The position numbers were made by a program, and so were the translations under genes. Of a DNA stretch of 64,000 bases, positions 1 to 13,050 are shown in pieces. This stretch comes from Eledone cirrhosa. Its lineage: Eukaryota. Numbering within the stretch: position 1 is the first letter of the stretch; each line of letters opens with the position of its first letter. The DNA lies in assembly GCA_964016885.1 (NCBI GenBank), contig OZ024749.1:11470001-11534000 (forward strand). Reading direction: 5' to 3'. The notes under the pieces are model-generated. The model saw only the letters and a list, made by a program, of their open reading frames with translations, had not been told where the DNA came from and did not search any database.

Positions 1-352
1 ATTACCTCAATATAGAAGGCCTATTGGTACGACTTTGTCTCGTTGTTATTAATGATTTATTTTATCTTATTTATAAGAAATCATCAATAACAATGTCACA
101 AAATCATATTATTAGAATTTTGTCACATTGCTATTATGTTATTTATAATAAATCTTTATTTAATTGATAGTCTTCGTTTCGTGTCAATACATTAGAGAAG
201 ATAAAAAAAAAAAAGCACGTCGTTTCGTCAGCATATTTTGTAACTCCATTTCATTTTTTATATTAACATTATAAGTATGTTTTCCCTTCAAAATATTCCA
301 TTTTGATCGTCTTTCTTCATTTATGAACTGTTTAAGTTGTTTTTAAACAAGA

Positions 353-418
353 ATGTATAGCTTCGAAGGGCAATTTCGTCGTGGACCTGTCCAGTCATTT
401 CGTGGCGCTAGCAGAAAG
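353..418 (+). CDS. UBE3C: UBE3C-like HECT E3 ligase, coding exon 1 (MYSFEGQFRRGPVQSFRGASRK)
   Basis: ATG at 353, 22 codons, donor AAG|gtaat at 419. Resembles the UBE3C N-terminus as recalled (MFSFEGDFKTRPKVSLGGASRK). Confidence 0.9.
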
Positions 419-676
419 GTAATAACTTGATTTAAGATTCCTTTAATCTTTCAAAGTCAACCAAACGTTTATGTGATCTCTTGTTGAAAACCTATTCTTT
501 AGTGGATAAATTTTCATTTACTCTAACGAACGAATAAAAATTATTTTATGACCCCTAATTTTCTTTCTTCGATTAGAAAATAAATGAAATTAATTATCCT
601 TATTCATTCGGAGTCTATCGCCTAGTGGCTTTCTTTTCTGCCAGCTATTTCTCTGTAAAAAATGCAACCATTCTTT

Positions 677-770
<94 letters not shown>
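677..770. repeat. (CA)n(TA)n microsatellite
   Basis: Direct dinucleotide runs. Confidence 0.95.
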
Positions 771-771
<1 letters not shown>

Positions 772-1830
772 TGTGTGCTGAGACCACAAATCATGTGAGT
801 ACTCGATACACGGGGAGACCTAGAGAGGTTTCGGCTTGTATGTCACACAAGGCGGAACCAATTGGCGCCGCGGTCGGGATTACATCTCTCTCTATATATA
901 TATATATAATAATAATATTAATTAAATTATTGTGTGCAGAGCTCAGGTGCACTACAACTATATATATATATATATATACACACACATATATGTATATAGT
1001 GAACCATTACACTATAACTTCATATATTACACACACATACATATATATATATATGTATCTATACACACACACACACACATATATATGTATTTGTATATAC
1101 ACATATATATATAAATCGGAAATGTAATGGTCAGATAATTTGTGAAAGATTCCTGGTTCCTTTCGGTTAGAAATCAACATAAAACTTGTGAAAATGTTGA
1201 CTTCTCGAACGTCAGTATAAAATTTTAATACGACAAATATATATATAGAATTCTATAATATATAATGTATATAGAATTATATAATGAATTACTGCGAAAA
1301 GCTTCAAGAGTAAAAGAAATGAAACCATTATAAATTCTTTTCCATTAATTACAGTTTTATATGGCTGTGATATCGTATTAATATAATCATGATTAGGACC
1401 ATTATATGTAATATAACTGCAGGTTATATACATATATATCGTTGTCGTCTTTAATTATATATATATATAAATATAGATATATAATTGTATTAATATATAT
1501 ACGTGTATATATATATATATATATATAAAATTTGGGTAATATTAACTATTATCCAATTACAAGTGTGAGAATAGCTCAATGTAAAATAACAAGTATATTA
1601 CTGAGCCGAAATACTTTATAAACAACAATCAAAGACTTTAGAACATTTAATCACTTACGTAAGTGATTAAATGTTCCAAACACTCTTTGATTGTTGTTTA
1701 ATAAAGTATATATATATATATATATAGAGAGAGAGGTAGAACACTGGAAGGTAATATCCGTAGTGGTAGAGCACTCAGTCCAAGGGACGAGTTAGGTAGA
1801 AGTGGTTACACAACAGTTAGTTCACCATAC

Positions 1831-1868
1831 CGAGAACAATTGTTTCACCTTTTCGGATCCTCAGCTCG
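1831..1868 (-). ncRNA. Minimal type I hammerhead ribozyme-like motif
   Basis: Minus strand reads cgag-CUGAGGA-uccgaaaaggu-GAAAC-aauu-GUU-cucg: stem I cgag/cucg, short stem II, palindromic stem III loop. Confidence 0.6.
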
Positions 1869-1946
1869 TAAATATATATATATAGTGAGTAATATTAAAT
1901 ATTACCCAGTTACTAGTATGAATATAGCTTGATGTAATATAACAAG

Positions 1947-3392
1947 GCCCCTCATCTCTCTTCACGTGCACAATGCGAATTCAGGTTCCCTCACGTCCTC
2001 TCTCAAGCGGCAGTTCCAGCTGTTTGAGTCCACCCCAACCACGTCTCATCTCAGTTCGACATCAAGCTCAGTGTCCACCAACAGACACCGGTAGACCTCA
2101 AGTGAACGGTCAATGTCAAATTCAGCGAATTTGACATTAAAGGGGCTGTCCGTCTTCTCTCTTCTCAGTCCTCCTTTGCTCCATGCATATCTGATTTTCT
2201 TGAGCGACTGAAAGAGAAGTGTAGAAGATCACGCCACCTAGCGTCGACTTTGGAGGCAGTCGATTAACCCTAAAGAAGCACCCATCGGCAACCCTAGATG
2301 ATCAGCTACACTGGCCTTAACCACCAGAATACTCGAGACTGGTTTACACACCGATATCAGAAACCGATACACACCGATATCAGAAAGGCGATTTCATCCT
2401 TCCCCGCTGGGTCAGGTGTGGGAATTGACGGCCTTTGTCCTCAACACCTCAAGGATGGTATCTCCTTATCGGCCGGTGACTCTTGGAGAGTCTGATTCAG
2501 TTTGTGAAACAGTTCTCTTCAGTGAATGTTTTCCCGTTCATCCGCCCACTGTTCTTCGGTGCGAAGCTATTTGGTCTCACCAAGCCCAACGGAGACCTGC
2601 ACGCCATTGCGGTTGGCTGCACCCTTCGCCGTCTCATTGCAAAGGCGTGTTTGCTGTTGGTCTCCGACTCACTGGCGGAAGAATTATTCCCCATCCAGCT
2701 GGGGGTGGGTACCAAGTTGGGATTTGAGGCTGCTGTCCATGCTACCAGAGCATTTACCAACTTGCTCTCCTCGTCTCCCAAGGTCATCCTCAAACTTGAC
2801 CTCAGGAACGCCTTTAACTCCGTCAGCCACGACGTTGTCCTTGGCTCAGTAAGAGAGAGGGTCCCACAACTCTACCACTTTGCTTGGCAAGCTTATCGGG
2901 AGCCCTCCTACCTCTTTTTCAGTAACCAAATCATCACCTCTACCTCAGGAGTCCAATAGGGTGACCCACTCGGGCTCGCTCTGTTTGCACTGGGCTATAA
3001 TGACATCACCAAGATGGGGATTGAGTTGGACCTCAATGCCTGGTACCTCAATGACGCCTGTTTGGGGGGGAACTCCGGATATAGTTCTTGCCACTGCCAA
3101 CAAGATGGTTGAGGAGCTTGGCCGCCGGGGGTCTCCAGGTCAATAGCTCCAAATGTGAGCTCTGGATCCTCAACCACCCGGCTTCTCAACACCAACAGCT
3201 AATCGACCTGTTTGCAGAGTCCTTCCCTTCCATCGCGGTCCCTCCCCCATTGGCTTGGTGGTCCGTAGGAGCCCCAATTACAGACCTTGCCTTCGAGTCA
3301 ATCTTCCAATCGAAGATGGTTGGCCTTGAGCAGCTGCTGAAGAATATTAAGGTTATGGAACCCTGTCAAGGTTTCTTCATACTCAGGAACTA
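1947..3392 (+). mobile_element. Degenerate CRE-like (RLE-type) non-LTR retrotransposon RT fragment
   Basis: Motifs G.DGL.PQHLKD, IAVG.TLRRL, QLGVG..G.EAAVHA, KLDLRNAFNSV, GVQ*GDPLG and WYLND, with stops and frameshifts. Confidence 0.75.
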
Positions 3393-3890
3393 CAAGAGGT
3401 GCCTAATGACTGTAGGTTTCGCAAGGCGGGTCTTCTGCATTACTGTGTGGCGCCAAAGATCTCGGTCCAGTGACATTGTCTTAGAGAGGTGTAAGTGTGG
3501 AAGGTTGGAATTTATCAAATGATCCCAGTTTTTTCTGGGTCTACCTACTCTGTAACCTCCATCAATTTTAATCACCCTGCACTTTTTTTATACAGCTGTC
3601 TTTCAAGCGTGACCATACCAGCGTAATCTTCTCTCAAGTAAATAGCATCTGATCCCTCTTATTCCTAATTTCTCACTTAGTTCATTTATGCTTTGCCGTT
3701 CACGTATATTACATGCATCGTTCCTTTCCAGTCTGCGCAGATCCTCTGGACACAATGCCCATGTCTCACTACCATGTAACATTTTCTGTTCGTATACAGG
3801 CATCATACAATCTGCCTTTCATTTTTAGAGAGAAACCTTTTGTGGCCAATAGCGGTATAAGGTCCTTGAACTTTTTCCATCCCGTTCTGA
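3393..3890 (-). mobile_element. RTE-clade LINE 3' fragment
   Basis: RTGWKKF..L.PLL, MLHGSETW, RRLRWYGH and GRPRK motifs. Confidence 0.9.
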
Positions 3891-4900
3891 ATTCCATTTT
3901 ATGACCCAAATGCAAACTATGGGTACATAAAAGATGTAGTGGGATCACAGGTAAACTATCTAAGAACGTAGATTTTATATGTGGTCGATGCTCAGATGCA
4001 ATAAGTAGCAAGTGCCCACAGGATACTAGCTCCTTCTATTGCCCAGATGGTTCTATAGAAATAGTGGACACCTTCCGTTTCCTGGGTGACAAAATCAGCA
4101 GTGGTGGAGGGGGCTCTGAAAGTACAGTAGCTAGAGTCAGAACGGGATGGAAAAAGTTCAGAGAGCTTATACCACTATTGGCCACAAAAGGTTTCTCTCT
4201 AAAAATGAAAGGCAGACTGTATGATGCTTGTATACGAACAGCAATGTTACATGGCAGTGAGACATGGGCATTATGTGCAGATGACCTGCGCAGACTGGAG
4301 AGGAACGAAGCATGCATGCTCCATTGGATGTGTAATAGTAATATACGTGAACGGCAAAGCATAAATGAACTAAGTGAGAAATTAGGAATAAGAGGGATCA
4401 GATACTGTTTACTTGAGAGAAGACTACGTTGGTACGGTCACGTGATGTGCTTGAAAGACGACAGCTGTATAAAAAAGTGCAGGGCGATCAAAATTGATGG
4501 AAGTTAGGGAGTAGAAAAACCTGGGACGATTTGATAAATTCCGACCTTACACACTTACACTTCTCTAAGACAATATCACTGGACCGAGATCTTTGGCGCT
4601 ATGCAGTAATACAGAAGACCCGCCTTGCCTATGTACATAGCGAAACCTACAGTCAGTAGGCACCTCTTAACCAAATATACACCCCCATCCCACTACCCCA
4701 CTCCCACCAACACCACCCTTTCTCTGAAAGTTATATGGGTACCACAACATCCAGTCCAAAATAAATGAGGTTGTGTCACAACAAAAAAACAAACAGTCCA
4801 CGCTGTAATGTGGCCGTGTAGGTAACACGGTAAAAACCTCCCAGTCCACACTGTAAACGTGGTTGGTGTTAGGAAGGGCATCCAGCCGTAGAAACCCTGC
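3890..4900 (+). mobile_element. RTE-clade LINE 3' fragment with 3'UTR
   Basis: ORF 4064-4507 (FRFLGD, HGSETW, RRLRWYGHV). The 3'UTR matches the copy at about 31.7-32.0 kb. Confidence 0.9.
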
Positions 4901-5748
4901 TTTTTGGCCTTAATTGACTCCTACACCTTACTGTTTCACCACCATGTTACTCTCCTCCTGCCTATAGGTCTGCTCCAGCCACAGATTTCATCTGTCGCCT
5001 TCAGCAGGTTAACTTTCAGGAATTCCCACTGTTCCTCTATACTGTACGTCTCTAATTGCTCTTCCTTACTGTCAAAAGCATCAAGTAATATGCTTTTAAA
5101 TTTGTTACTGGCTGTGGGGTCCTTTAACTTCCATATTCTCCTTCTCAGGGTAGTCCTCCTCTGTTGTCGAGTACGCCTAGTCCTGACTATGAGGTCACTA
5201 ACTATGAGGCTATGTTGGGAGGTGCATTATTCACGGGTGAGGGATTTAGTGTTTACAACAGACACTTTGTCACGTCCTATGGTAAGGATATAATCTATCT
5301 GACTGGCGTGTTCCCCTGATCTATAGGTGATCAAGTGATTGTCTCGTTTTTTGAAGTTTGTGTTACAGATAGTTAGGCTATTAGCATCACAGAATTCCAG
5401 GATTCTCAAGCCTTCCTCATTTCTGGTACCAAACCCATAGCCTCCATGGATTCCGTCATAGCCGTCACAATGTTGTCCAACATGACCATTTAGGTCGCCA
5501 GCAATAATTATGTAGTCACTGTCGGTTAGTTGGGAAGTAGTGAGCATTAGCGACTCATAGAATCTGTCTTTTTTACGCCAGGCAGTCCAGATTGGTGTGC
5601 ATAAGGATATTATTGTCACAGTAGTTCTATTTAGGACAAGTCTTATTTTGATTATTCTGTCGTTCACTCTATTTACATCAATTACCTTATCTACCCATTT
5701 TTCTGCTAACATAATTCCTACATCACCCAGCCCATTGTCATTTCCCAC
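4900..5748 (-). mobile_element. RTE-clade LINE fragment, APE endonuclease region
   Basis: IIAGDLNGHVG, GTRNEEG.RILEFC and SQIDYIL motifs. Confidence 0.9.
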
Positions 5749-6017
5749 ATATATAATATATATAATATATATAATATATAAATATAATGTCAGCGAGATC
5801 GAATTTCGGCAGTGGTTGAAAACAAAGCGAAACGCAATTTCCGAGTTATGCGGCAAGTGCTCCATGGACTAAAAAGAGACCAGAGCAATAAACATAGGTT
5901 ATAGAGGCCAAACAAACTGAAAATGGCGGTCAAGGAGCCATCAGCCACCTAAGCCCAAAAAAACGAAGCAAGCTAAACAGATCAGTAAAATATATATATA
6001 TATATAAAATATATATA

Positions 6018-6368
6018 TCATCATCATCATTTCATCATTTCATTTTACGTCTACTTTTCCCTGCTTGCAAGGGTGGGACGGGAACTGATTCTGGCTTGAT
6101 TTCTACAGCTGGATGCCCTTCCTAACACCAACCTCATTTACAGTGAGTGCTGGGTGCTTTTTTGCCGTGGCACCTCCACGACCACTTTGCAGTGGAATGA
6201 TAGGGACTCAAGTCCATATCATCTCATTTCTACAGCTGAGTAAACTGGAGCAATGTGAAATAAAGTGTCTTGCTCAAGGAAACACCACATCACCCGGTCT
6301 GAGAATTGAACTCACAACCTTTCGATTGCAAGGCCAATGCTCTAACCACTAAGCCATGTGCCTCCACA
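6018..6368 (-). mobile_element. tRNA-derived SINE family A with RTE-like tail and (ATG)n end
   Basis: Head TGGCTTAGTGG (A box) and GAGTTCAATTC (B box); 3' end shared with the RTE 3'UTR. Near-identical to the copies at 14442, 53275 and 57108. Confidence 0.85.
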
Positions 6369-6690
6369 TGTATATATATAAAATATATATATAAAATATG
6401 TATATATATAAAATATATATATAAAATATATATATATATAAAATATATATATATATAAAATAAATATATATATATAAAATATATATATATATAAAATATA
6501 TATATATATATAAAATATATATATAAAATATATATATATATAGTATATATATAAAATATGTATATATATAAAATATGTATATATATAAAATATGTATATA
6601 TATAAAATATATATATATATATAAAATATATATATATATATAAAATATGTATATATATATATATATAAAATATGTATATATATATATAAA
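6369..6690. repeat. AT-rich (TA)nAAA compound microsatellite
   Basis: Direct inspection. Confidence 0.95.
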
Positions 6691-6832
6691 CCCGTAGAGC
6701 AAATATCTACTATAGGAACAGATTAAAGAATTGCTGCTTTCAGCCTTTCTTATTTTTATGGTGGCGAAAAGTTAGAAACTAAATATATTGAGAATGCATA
6801 TAATATGGACAGACTCGCTCTCTGGCTATATC

Positions 6833-7262
6833 TCATCATCATCATCGTTTAAACTCATTTTCCATGCTAGCATAGGTTAGACGAGTTGCCCTCTTGTGAG
6901 AAATGCCCTGTCTTGTTCATACTGAACTGATTTTGGCTGGATTTCTACAGCTGAATGCCCTTCCTAACACCAACCACATTTACAGTGCGTGCTGTAGGAG
7001 GTAAGTGGAAGAGGGATGGGGTGGAGCACAGATGTAAGCTCATGGGAGGTGTAAGGAAGAGTTGGGTGGGTGGAGGTGAAGGTGGTGTATACTATATTTA
7101 TGCTTCAGCTTGTGCTCATGAGAAGGCATGTCTTTGAGAGGTTCAGTTGGTTAAGGTCAGCTTTTATCACCTCATCCCAAGTCTTCCTGTGTCTCCACAC
7201 CCCACGGCTTCCATCAACTTTGAGCGCTCTGCACTTTTTTATACCACTATCATCCTTCATAC
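6833..7262 (-). mobile_element. Short RTE LINE 3' fragment
   Basis: (CAT)n tail, RTE 3'UTR motif 'ttctacagctgaatgcccttcctaacacc' and the C-terminal coding end. Confidence 0.75.
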
Positions 7263-8290
7263 ATATCTTTTATATTATAGATAGATATAGATAGGAATGT
7301 CAGCAGCCTGTCAGAGGAAGGATGGGAGTTTCAATCTTTTATATTTATATTTACTGTTAGTGCATAGCATATAAAGATTTCTAAGGGTTCCCACTCGTGA
7401 ACAACCTACATATAACTGCCCATGGGTAAAAAGTGACTCTTTTGTATTCAATTCTACAACTTTGAAACTCTGAGCCCGAGCTTTATGTATGGTCATAGTA
7501 AAACTGGCTCTAACAGGGAACTGAAGTCTTGAGAATTTGAATGGCAGCTCGGTAGAGGAAGGGATTAGAGGAATCTTGGGAATAAATGCATTTTCTCCTT
7601 CATGATTGCCTCTAATAATTGTGACCTCTAGGAGATGGTTCATCATCCACGTAACTGTTAAGCATGTGCCATTGCACAGACGTGGTTGATCAAGGTTTCT
7701 TAAGAGGATGATGGGAGTTTCAATCTTTTATATTATATAGAGATATAGATTATTATATAGATAGATATAGATAGGAATGTCAGCAGCCTGTCAGAGGAAG
7801 GAGCCCTGCGAGGTGGGGTGGCTGTTGCAGCAGGTGTCACTGGGCGCAGCCCCAACATTGTTGCGCCCTAGGCCCAGAGCCCACCACCCTCTGACCTTCT
7901 TTACCCCTTCCCCATTTAAATGTTATTTACACAATTGTAAATAAAATTAGTATATTACATCATTATGTGGAGCAAGAGAAAGAAATTCTTGCTATGGATA
8001 AAACATATTTTTGCTATGAAAAAATAAGGAAACTAATATTCTTTTTAGAATAGCCAAATGATTTCCTGCTACCATATATGGAAAATGATGTTAATAAAAG
8101 TAAAATGGTTAAAGATCTAGATCTAGATAATTATATATAAATGTGTGTATGTGTATGTCTGTGTGCGTAAACCAGCGTTTGAATTGGAGATGCTGGTCAC
8201 GAAACATGAAAGCGCAAAGAGAATCCCTTATGGTTGACTCCCAACCTGCTAGAAATAGCAGTTAGGTTGGTTAGCATACCTGGGATGTTT
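7263..8290 (-). mobile_element. Non-autonomous Helitron-derived composite, copy 1, with PIF1-like helicase C-terminal fragment
   Basis: ORF 7311-7646 reads RLQFPVRASFTMTIHKA...FTHGQLYVGCSRV. About 900 bp near-identical to 60975-61890. Confidence 0.8.
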
Positions 8291-8488
8291 TTCTTCTTTT
8301 CTATATGAAACCACCTGAAACTGCCCCTGGTTCTATGATACAAAACTTTATTTTAAAGTGTTTGTATTTATCTAGAAACCTTCCATTTTATGTAAAAACC
8401 TTTGCATCATGCTCCAAACACCAGCTTAATAATATGAAATTTAGTTATATTTCCAAATCCCTCCAAATTCTTGATTACTTGAAACTAA

Positions 8489-9025
8489 TAGACAGTGTCT
8501 ATTAGTTTGGTAATGAAAGGGTTAATGACATAGACAGTGTCTTTCATTAGAAATATGGTAATGAAAGGGTTAATGACATAGACAGTGTCTTTCATTAGAA
8601 ATATGGTAATGAAAGGGTTAATGACATAGACAGTGTCTTTCTTTAGAAATATGGTAATGAAAGGGTTAATGACATAGACAGTGTCTTTCATTAGAAATAT
8701 GGTAATGAAAGGGTTAATGACATAGACAGTGTCTTTCATTAGAAATATGGTAATGAAAGGGTTAATGACATAGACAGTGTCTTTCATTAGAAATATGGTA
8801 ATGAAAGGGTTAATGACATAGACAGTGTCTTTCATTAGAAATATGGTAATGGAAGGGTTAATGACATAGACAGTGTCTTTCATTAGAAATACGGTAATGA
8901 AAGGGTTAATGACATAGACAGTGTCTTTCATTAGAAATATGGTAATGAAAGGGTTAATGACATAGACAGTGTCTTTCATTAGAAATATGGTAATGAAAGG
9001 GTTAATGACATAGGCAGTGTCATTC
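8489..9025. repeat. 48-bp tandem array (about 11 copies) of a TTAA-CCCTTT MITE terminus
   Basis: Unit gacagtgtctttcattagaaatatggtaatgaaagggttaatgacata. Confidence 0.95.
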
Positions 9026-9084
9026 ATTAAAACTGCTGATAAACTCACGCGTGCGCACACATACACACACTGTCGTATTACCAC

Positions 9085-9775
9085 TTAAGAGCTTTGGCCC
9101 GAGCAAACATCCCCTCAGTTTTAGAACTGTCTGGGTTGTCCTGAATTGATGGGAAACGACCTGACGGTCTTACCCTGTGCCCCTGGTCAAGAGGCAGGGG
9201 CCTTATCTAGGATGTCACAGTTAGTGACTCTTTTGCTTCTTCCCACATCCTGGATATAGTGGTAAGGGCGACAGCTACAGCATCTGCAGCTGAATGGAAC
9301 AAAATCTTAAAATACTGTGTTCTGTCAGCTAACTAATTATCCAGCCTGTGGCGTTCGAGACATTTGGGGGAGTCGGGCTACTGACAGTGAGGTTCTTATC
9401 TTCACTGGTGGCTCGCTAAACAGAAGTAACTGGTAATGCTCATGAAGGCACTTGGTTGTTCCAGCACCTCAGCCTCGCCATCACGTTCTGGCTTGCCTAA
9501 AAAATTATTAGAAAGGTTTCCCAGTGCTCGTCGCTATATTGTTATTTTTTGCTCTAGTAGCGGTTCGTTTGTCCACCCCTTTCGACTGTCTTTTGTTCTA
9601 TGTGGTCTAAGATGTGTGTGCTACCGGCTTCTGTGGTTTTTTCTCTTTCTTTGTTCCTTTCCCTTTCCTTTGTATATATTATATTTGTTTGTGTTTTCAT
9701 TCTCTAAGCATTATATTATTATATTTTTTATGCAACTGAATAAACCTGAAACAACAAATGAGTTTTAAAAAAAAG
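9085..9775 (+). mobile_element. CRE-like retrotransposon 3' fragment: restriction-like endonuclease, putative 3'UTR and A-tail
   Basis: Manual translation gives RALARANIPSVLE..G...DGKRPDGLTLCPWSRG..L.*DVTV.D...A..AE..K..KY (PD..D RLE). AATAAA and an A-run near 9740-9773. Confidence 0.7.
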
Positions 9776-10809
9776 AGAGTTAAACTGTGTTGTTAATAAA
9801 TAAATAAAAAGTTATACTTCATTTTATCCTCCCATTTCCAATTTATCAAACGCTGCTATCATGACTATGTGTATGTTTGAATGTATGTATATGTTTATGT
9901 GAAAGTACGTGTATATGTATGCCCGTGAGTATGTATTTTTGTAAGTTTGTCTGTGTTTGCGTGATTGTAGTTATCTACTCATACATATAAATGTATGTGT
10001 ATGCACACATATGCGTCAGCGTGTTGAAAAAAATCCTAATTTCTTCATTTTTCTCTTTCACTCTCTCTCTCTATATATATATCTATCTGTCACATAGTTA
10101 CTTTATCTGCATCTCTCTCTTTCTTTCTCACTCTGTCCCTATGGTAGTTGAAGTGGTGGTGGCGGCAATATACCAGAAGTGTTGAAATTTGAAACTTTTA
10201 AAAGAAGTGAATTTTGAAATAAGCAATAAAATTATTTATGTTTAATGAAGAGTTACAGAATTTAGTACATAAATTATGTAATATTCATTCATTGTTTATT
10301 CAAAGTAATCCAACTTATTTTACAAACGGGATAAAAAAATATAAATAGGGCGGAGTCCCGCACTCCTCCCTCTATTATAGTTAGATGAAGTAGAGTTTAA
10401 AACATATCTTTCAGACTCTTGGTTTTGGAGGATTCTTAACCATTTTGTGACCATATTTCTCATGATTTTTCATGAGAAATATGGTACTGCTTGTGTGTTT
10501 CAGTTAGGTTTTAGAAAAATCAAAAATTTGAAGGGGTTTTATTAAATAACTTATATTTCTATTACATTGGTGTTCAGAATATTACCAAAAAAACTTATTG
10601 ATTTAAAATATAAATGCATTAAGGCAAATAGTTTTGTATTATAGAACCAGGGGCAGTTTCAGCGAGAAAAAAGAAAAGGGGAACTATGAATGTTTAGTTG
10701 ACCTCTTTTAAGGTTGTATCATAGGAGCCCCAATCCTGTCATGGAAAGGAACTTGAAATGAGGCACACTGTTAAAAAACCTAGCACAGTGCCTGGTCCTG
10801 TTTTCAAAC

Positions 10810-12908
10810 CCATCACCTTATGGTCATCAGTCCAACACCTTATGGTCATCAGTCCAATACCTTATGGTCATCAGTCCAACACCTTATGGTCATCAGTCCA
10901 CTTTATGGTCATCAGTCCAACACCTTATGGTCATCAGTCCAACACCTTATGGTCATCAGTCCAACACCTTATGGTCATCAGTCCAACACCTTATGGTCAT
11001 CAATCCAACACCTTATGGTCATCAGTCCAACACCTTATGGTCATCAATCCAACACCTTATGGTCATCAGTCCAACACCTTATGGTCATCAGTCCAACACC
11101 TTATGGTCATCAGTCCAACACCTTATGGTCATCAGTCCAACACCTTATGGTCATCAGTCCAACACCTTATGGTCATCAGTCCAACACCTTATGGTCATCA
11201 GTCCAACACCTTATGGTCATCAGTCCATCACCTTATGGTCATCAATCCAACACCTTATGGTCATCAGTCCAACACCTTATGGTCATCAATCCAACACCTT
11301 ATGGTCATCAGTCCAACACCTTATGGTCATCAGTCCAACACCTTATGGTCATCAATCCAACACCTTATGGTCATCAATCCAACACCTTATGGTCATCAGT
11401 CCAACACCTTCTGGTCATCAGTCCAACACCTTATGGTCATCAGTCCAACACCTTATGGTCATCAGTCCAACACCTTATGGTCATCAATCCAACACCTTAT
11501 GGTCATCAGTCTATCACCTTATGGTCATCAGTCCAATACCTTATGGTCATCAGTCCAACACCTTATGGTCATCAATCCAACACCTTATGGTCATCAGTCT
11601 ATCACCTTATGGTCATCAGTCCAACACCTTATGGTCATCAATCCAACACCTTATGGTCATCAGTCTATCACCTTATGGTCATCAGTCCAACACCTTATGG
11701 TCATCAGTCCAATACCTTATGGTCATCAGTCCAACACCTTATGGTCATCAGTCCAACACCTTATGGTCATCAATCCAACACCTTATGGTCATCAGTCCAA
11801 CACCTTATGGTCATCAGTCCAACACCTTATGGTCATCAATCCAACACCTTATGGTCATCAGTCCAACACCTTATGGTCATCAGTCCAACACCTTATGGTC
11901 ATCAGTCCAACACCTTATGGTCATCAGTCCAACATCTTATGGTCATCAGTCCAACACCTTATGGTCATCAGTCCAACACCTTATGGTCATCAGTCCATCA
12001 CCTTATGGTCATCAGTCCAACACCTTATGGTCATCAGTCCAACACCTTATGGTCATCAATCCAACACCTTATGGTCATCAGTCCAACACCTTATGGTCAT
12101 CAGTCCAACACCTTATGGTCATCAGTCCAACACCTTATGGTCATCAGTCCAACACCTTATGGTCATCAGTCCAACACCTTATGGTCATCAGTCCAACACC
12201 TTATGGTCATCAGTCCATCACCTTATGGTCATCAGTCCAACACCTTATGGTCATCAGTCCAACACCTTATGGTCATCAGTCCAACACCTTATGGTCATCA
12301 GTCCAACACCTTATGGTCATCAGTCCAACACCTTATGGTCATCAGTCCAACACCTTATGGTCATCAGTCCAACACCTTATGGTCATCAGTCCAACACCTT
12401 ATGGTCATCAGTCCAACACCTTATGGTCATCAATCCACCTTATGGTCATCAGTCCACCTTATGGTCATCAGTCCACCTTATGGTCATCAGTCCAACACCT
12501 TATGGTCATCAGTCCAACACCTTATGGTCATCAATCCACCTTATGGTCATCAGTCTATCACCTTATGGTCATCAGTCCAACACCTTATGGTCATCAGTCC
12601 AACACCTTATGGTCATCAGTCCACCTTATGGTCATCAGTCTATCACCTTATGGTCATCAGTCCAACACCTTATGGTCATCAGTCCACTTTATGGTCATCA
12701 ATCCAACACCTTATGGTCATCAGTCCACCTTATGGTCATCAGTCCAACACCTTCTGGTCATCAGTCCAACACCTTATGGTCATCAGTCTATCACCTTATG
12801 GTCATCAGTCCAACACCTTCTGGTCATCAGTCCAACACCTTATGGTCATCAGTCTATCACCTTATGGTCATCAGTCCAACACCTCACCTTATGATCATCA
12901 ATCCAACA
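10810..12908. repeat. 22-bp minisatellite (about 95 copies, some 19-bp variants)
   Basis: Unit ccttatggtcatcagtccaaca. Confidence 0.97.
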
Positions 12909-12996
12909 CTTTACCCATTGGCCAATGCTATTGAAAACTTTTTTTTGTTTGTATTCAATATTTAAAATAATGGTATTGCTTTTTTGTTTGTTTCAG

Positions 12997-13050
12997 GAAC
13001 TTAAAGAAGATCTAATCAAAAGAGCTCAAGAAGAACGACAGAAACGAGAA
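12997..13050 (+). CDS. UBE3C: UBE3C-like exon 2 (ELKEDLIKRAQEERQKRE)
   Basis: Acceptor tttcag|, donor |gtaagt, 54 nt, phase 0-0. Matches UBE3C 'EEKASLLHRTQEERRKRE'. Confidence 0.9.

Noticed and set aside
1-60. Possible minus-strand donor (gag|gtaat) of a divergent gene
   Set aside because: It is at the window edge with no ORF or homology evidence.
10758-12965. Three overlapping 676-735-aa ORFs
   Set aside because: They come from a stop-free 22-bp unit read in all three frames, lie in intron 1, and have no splice or homology support.
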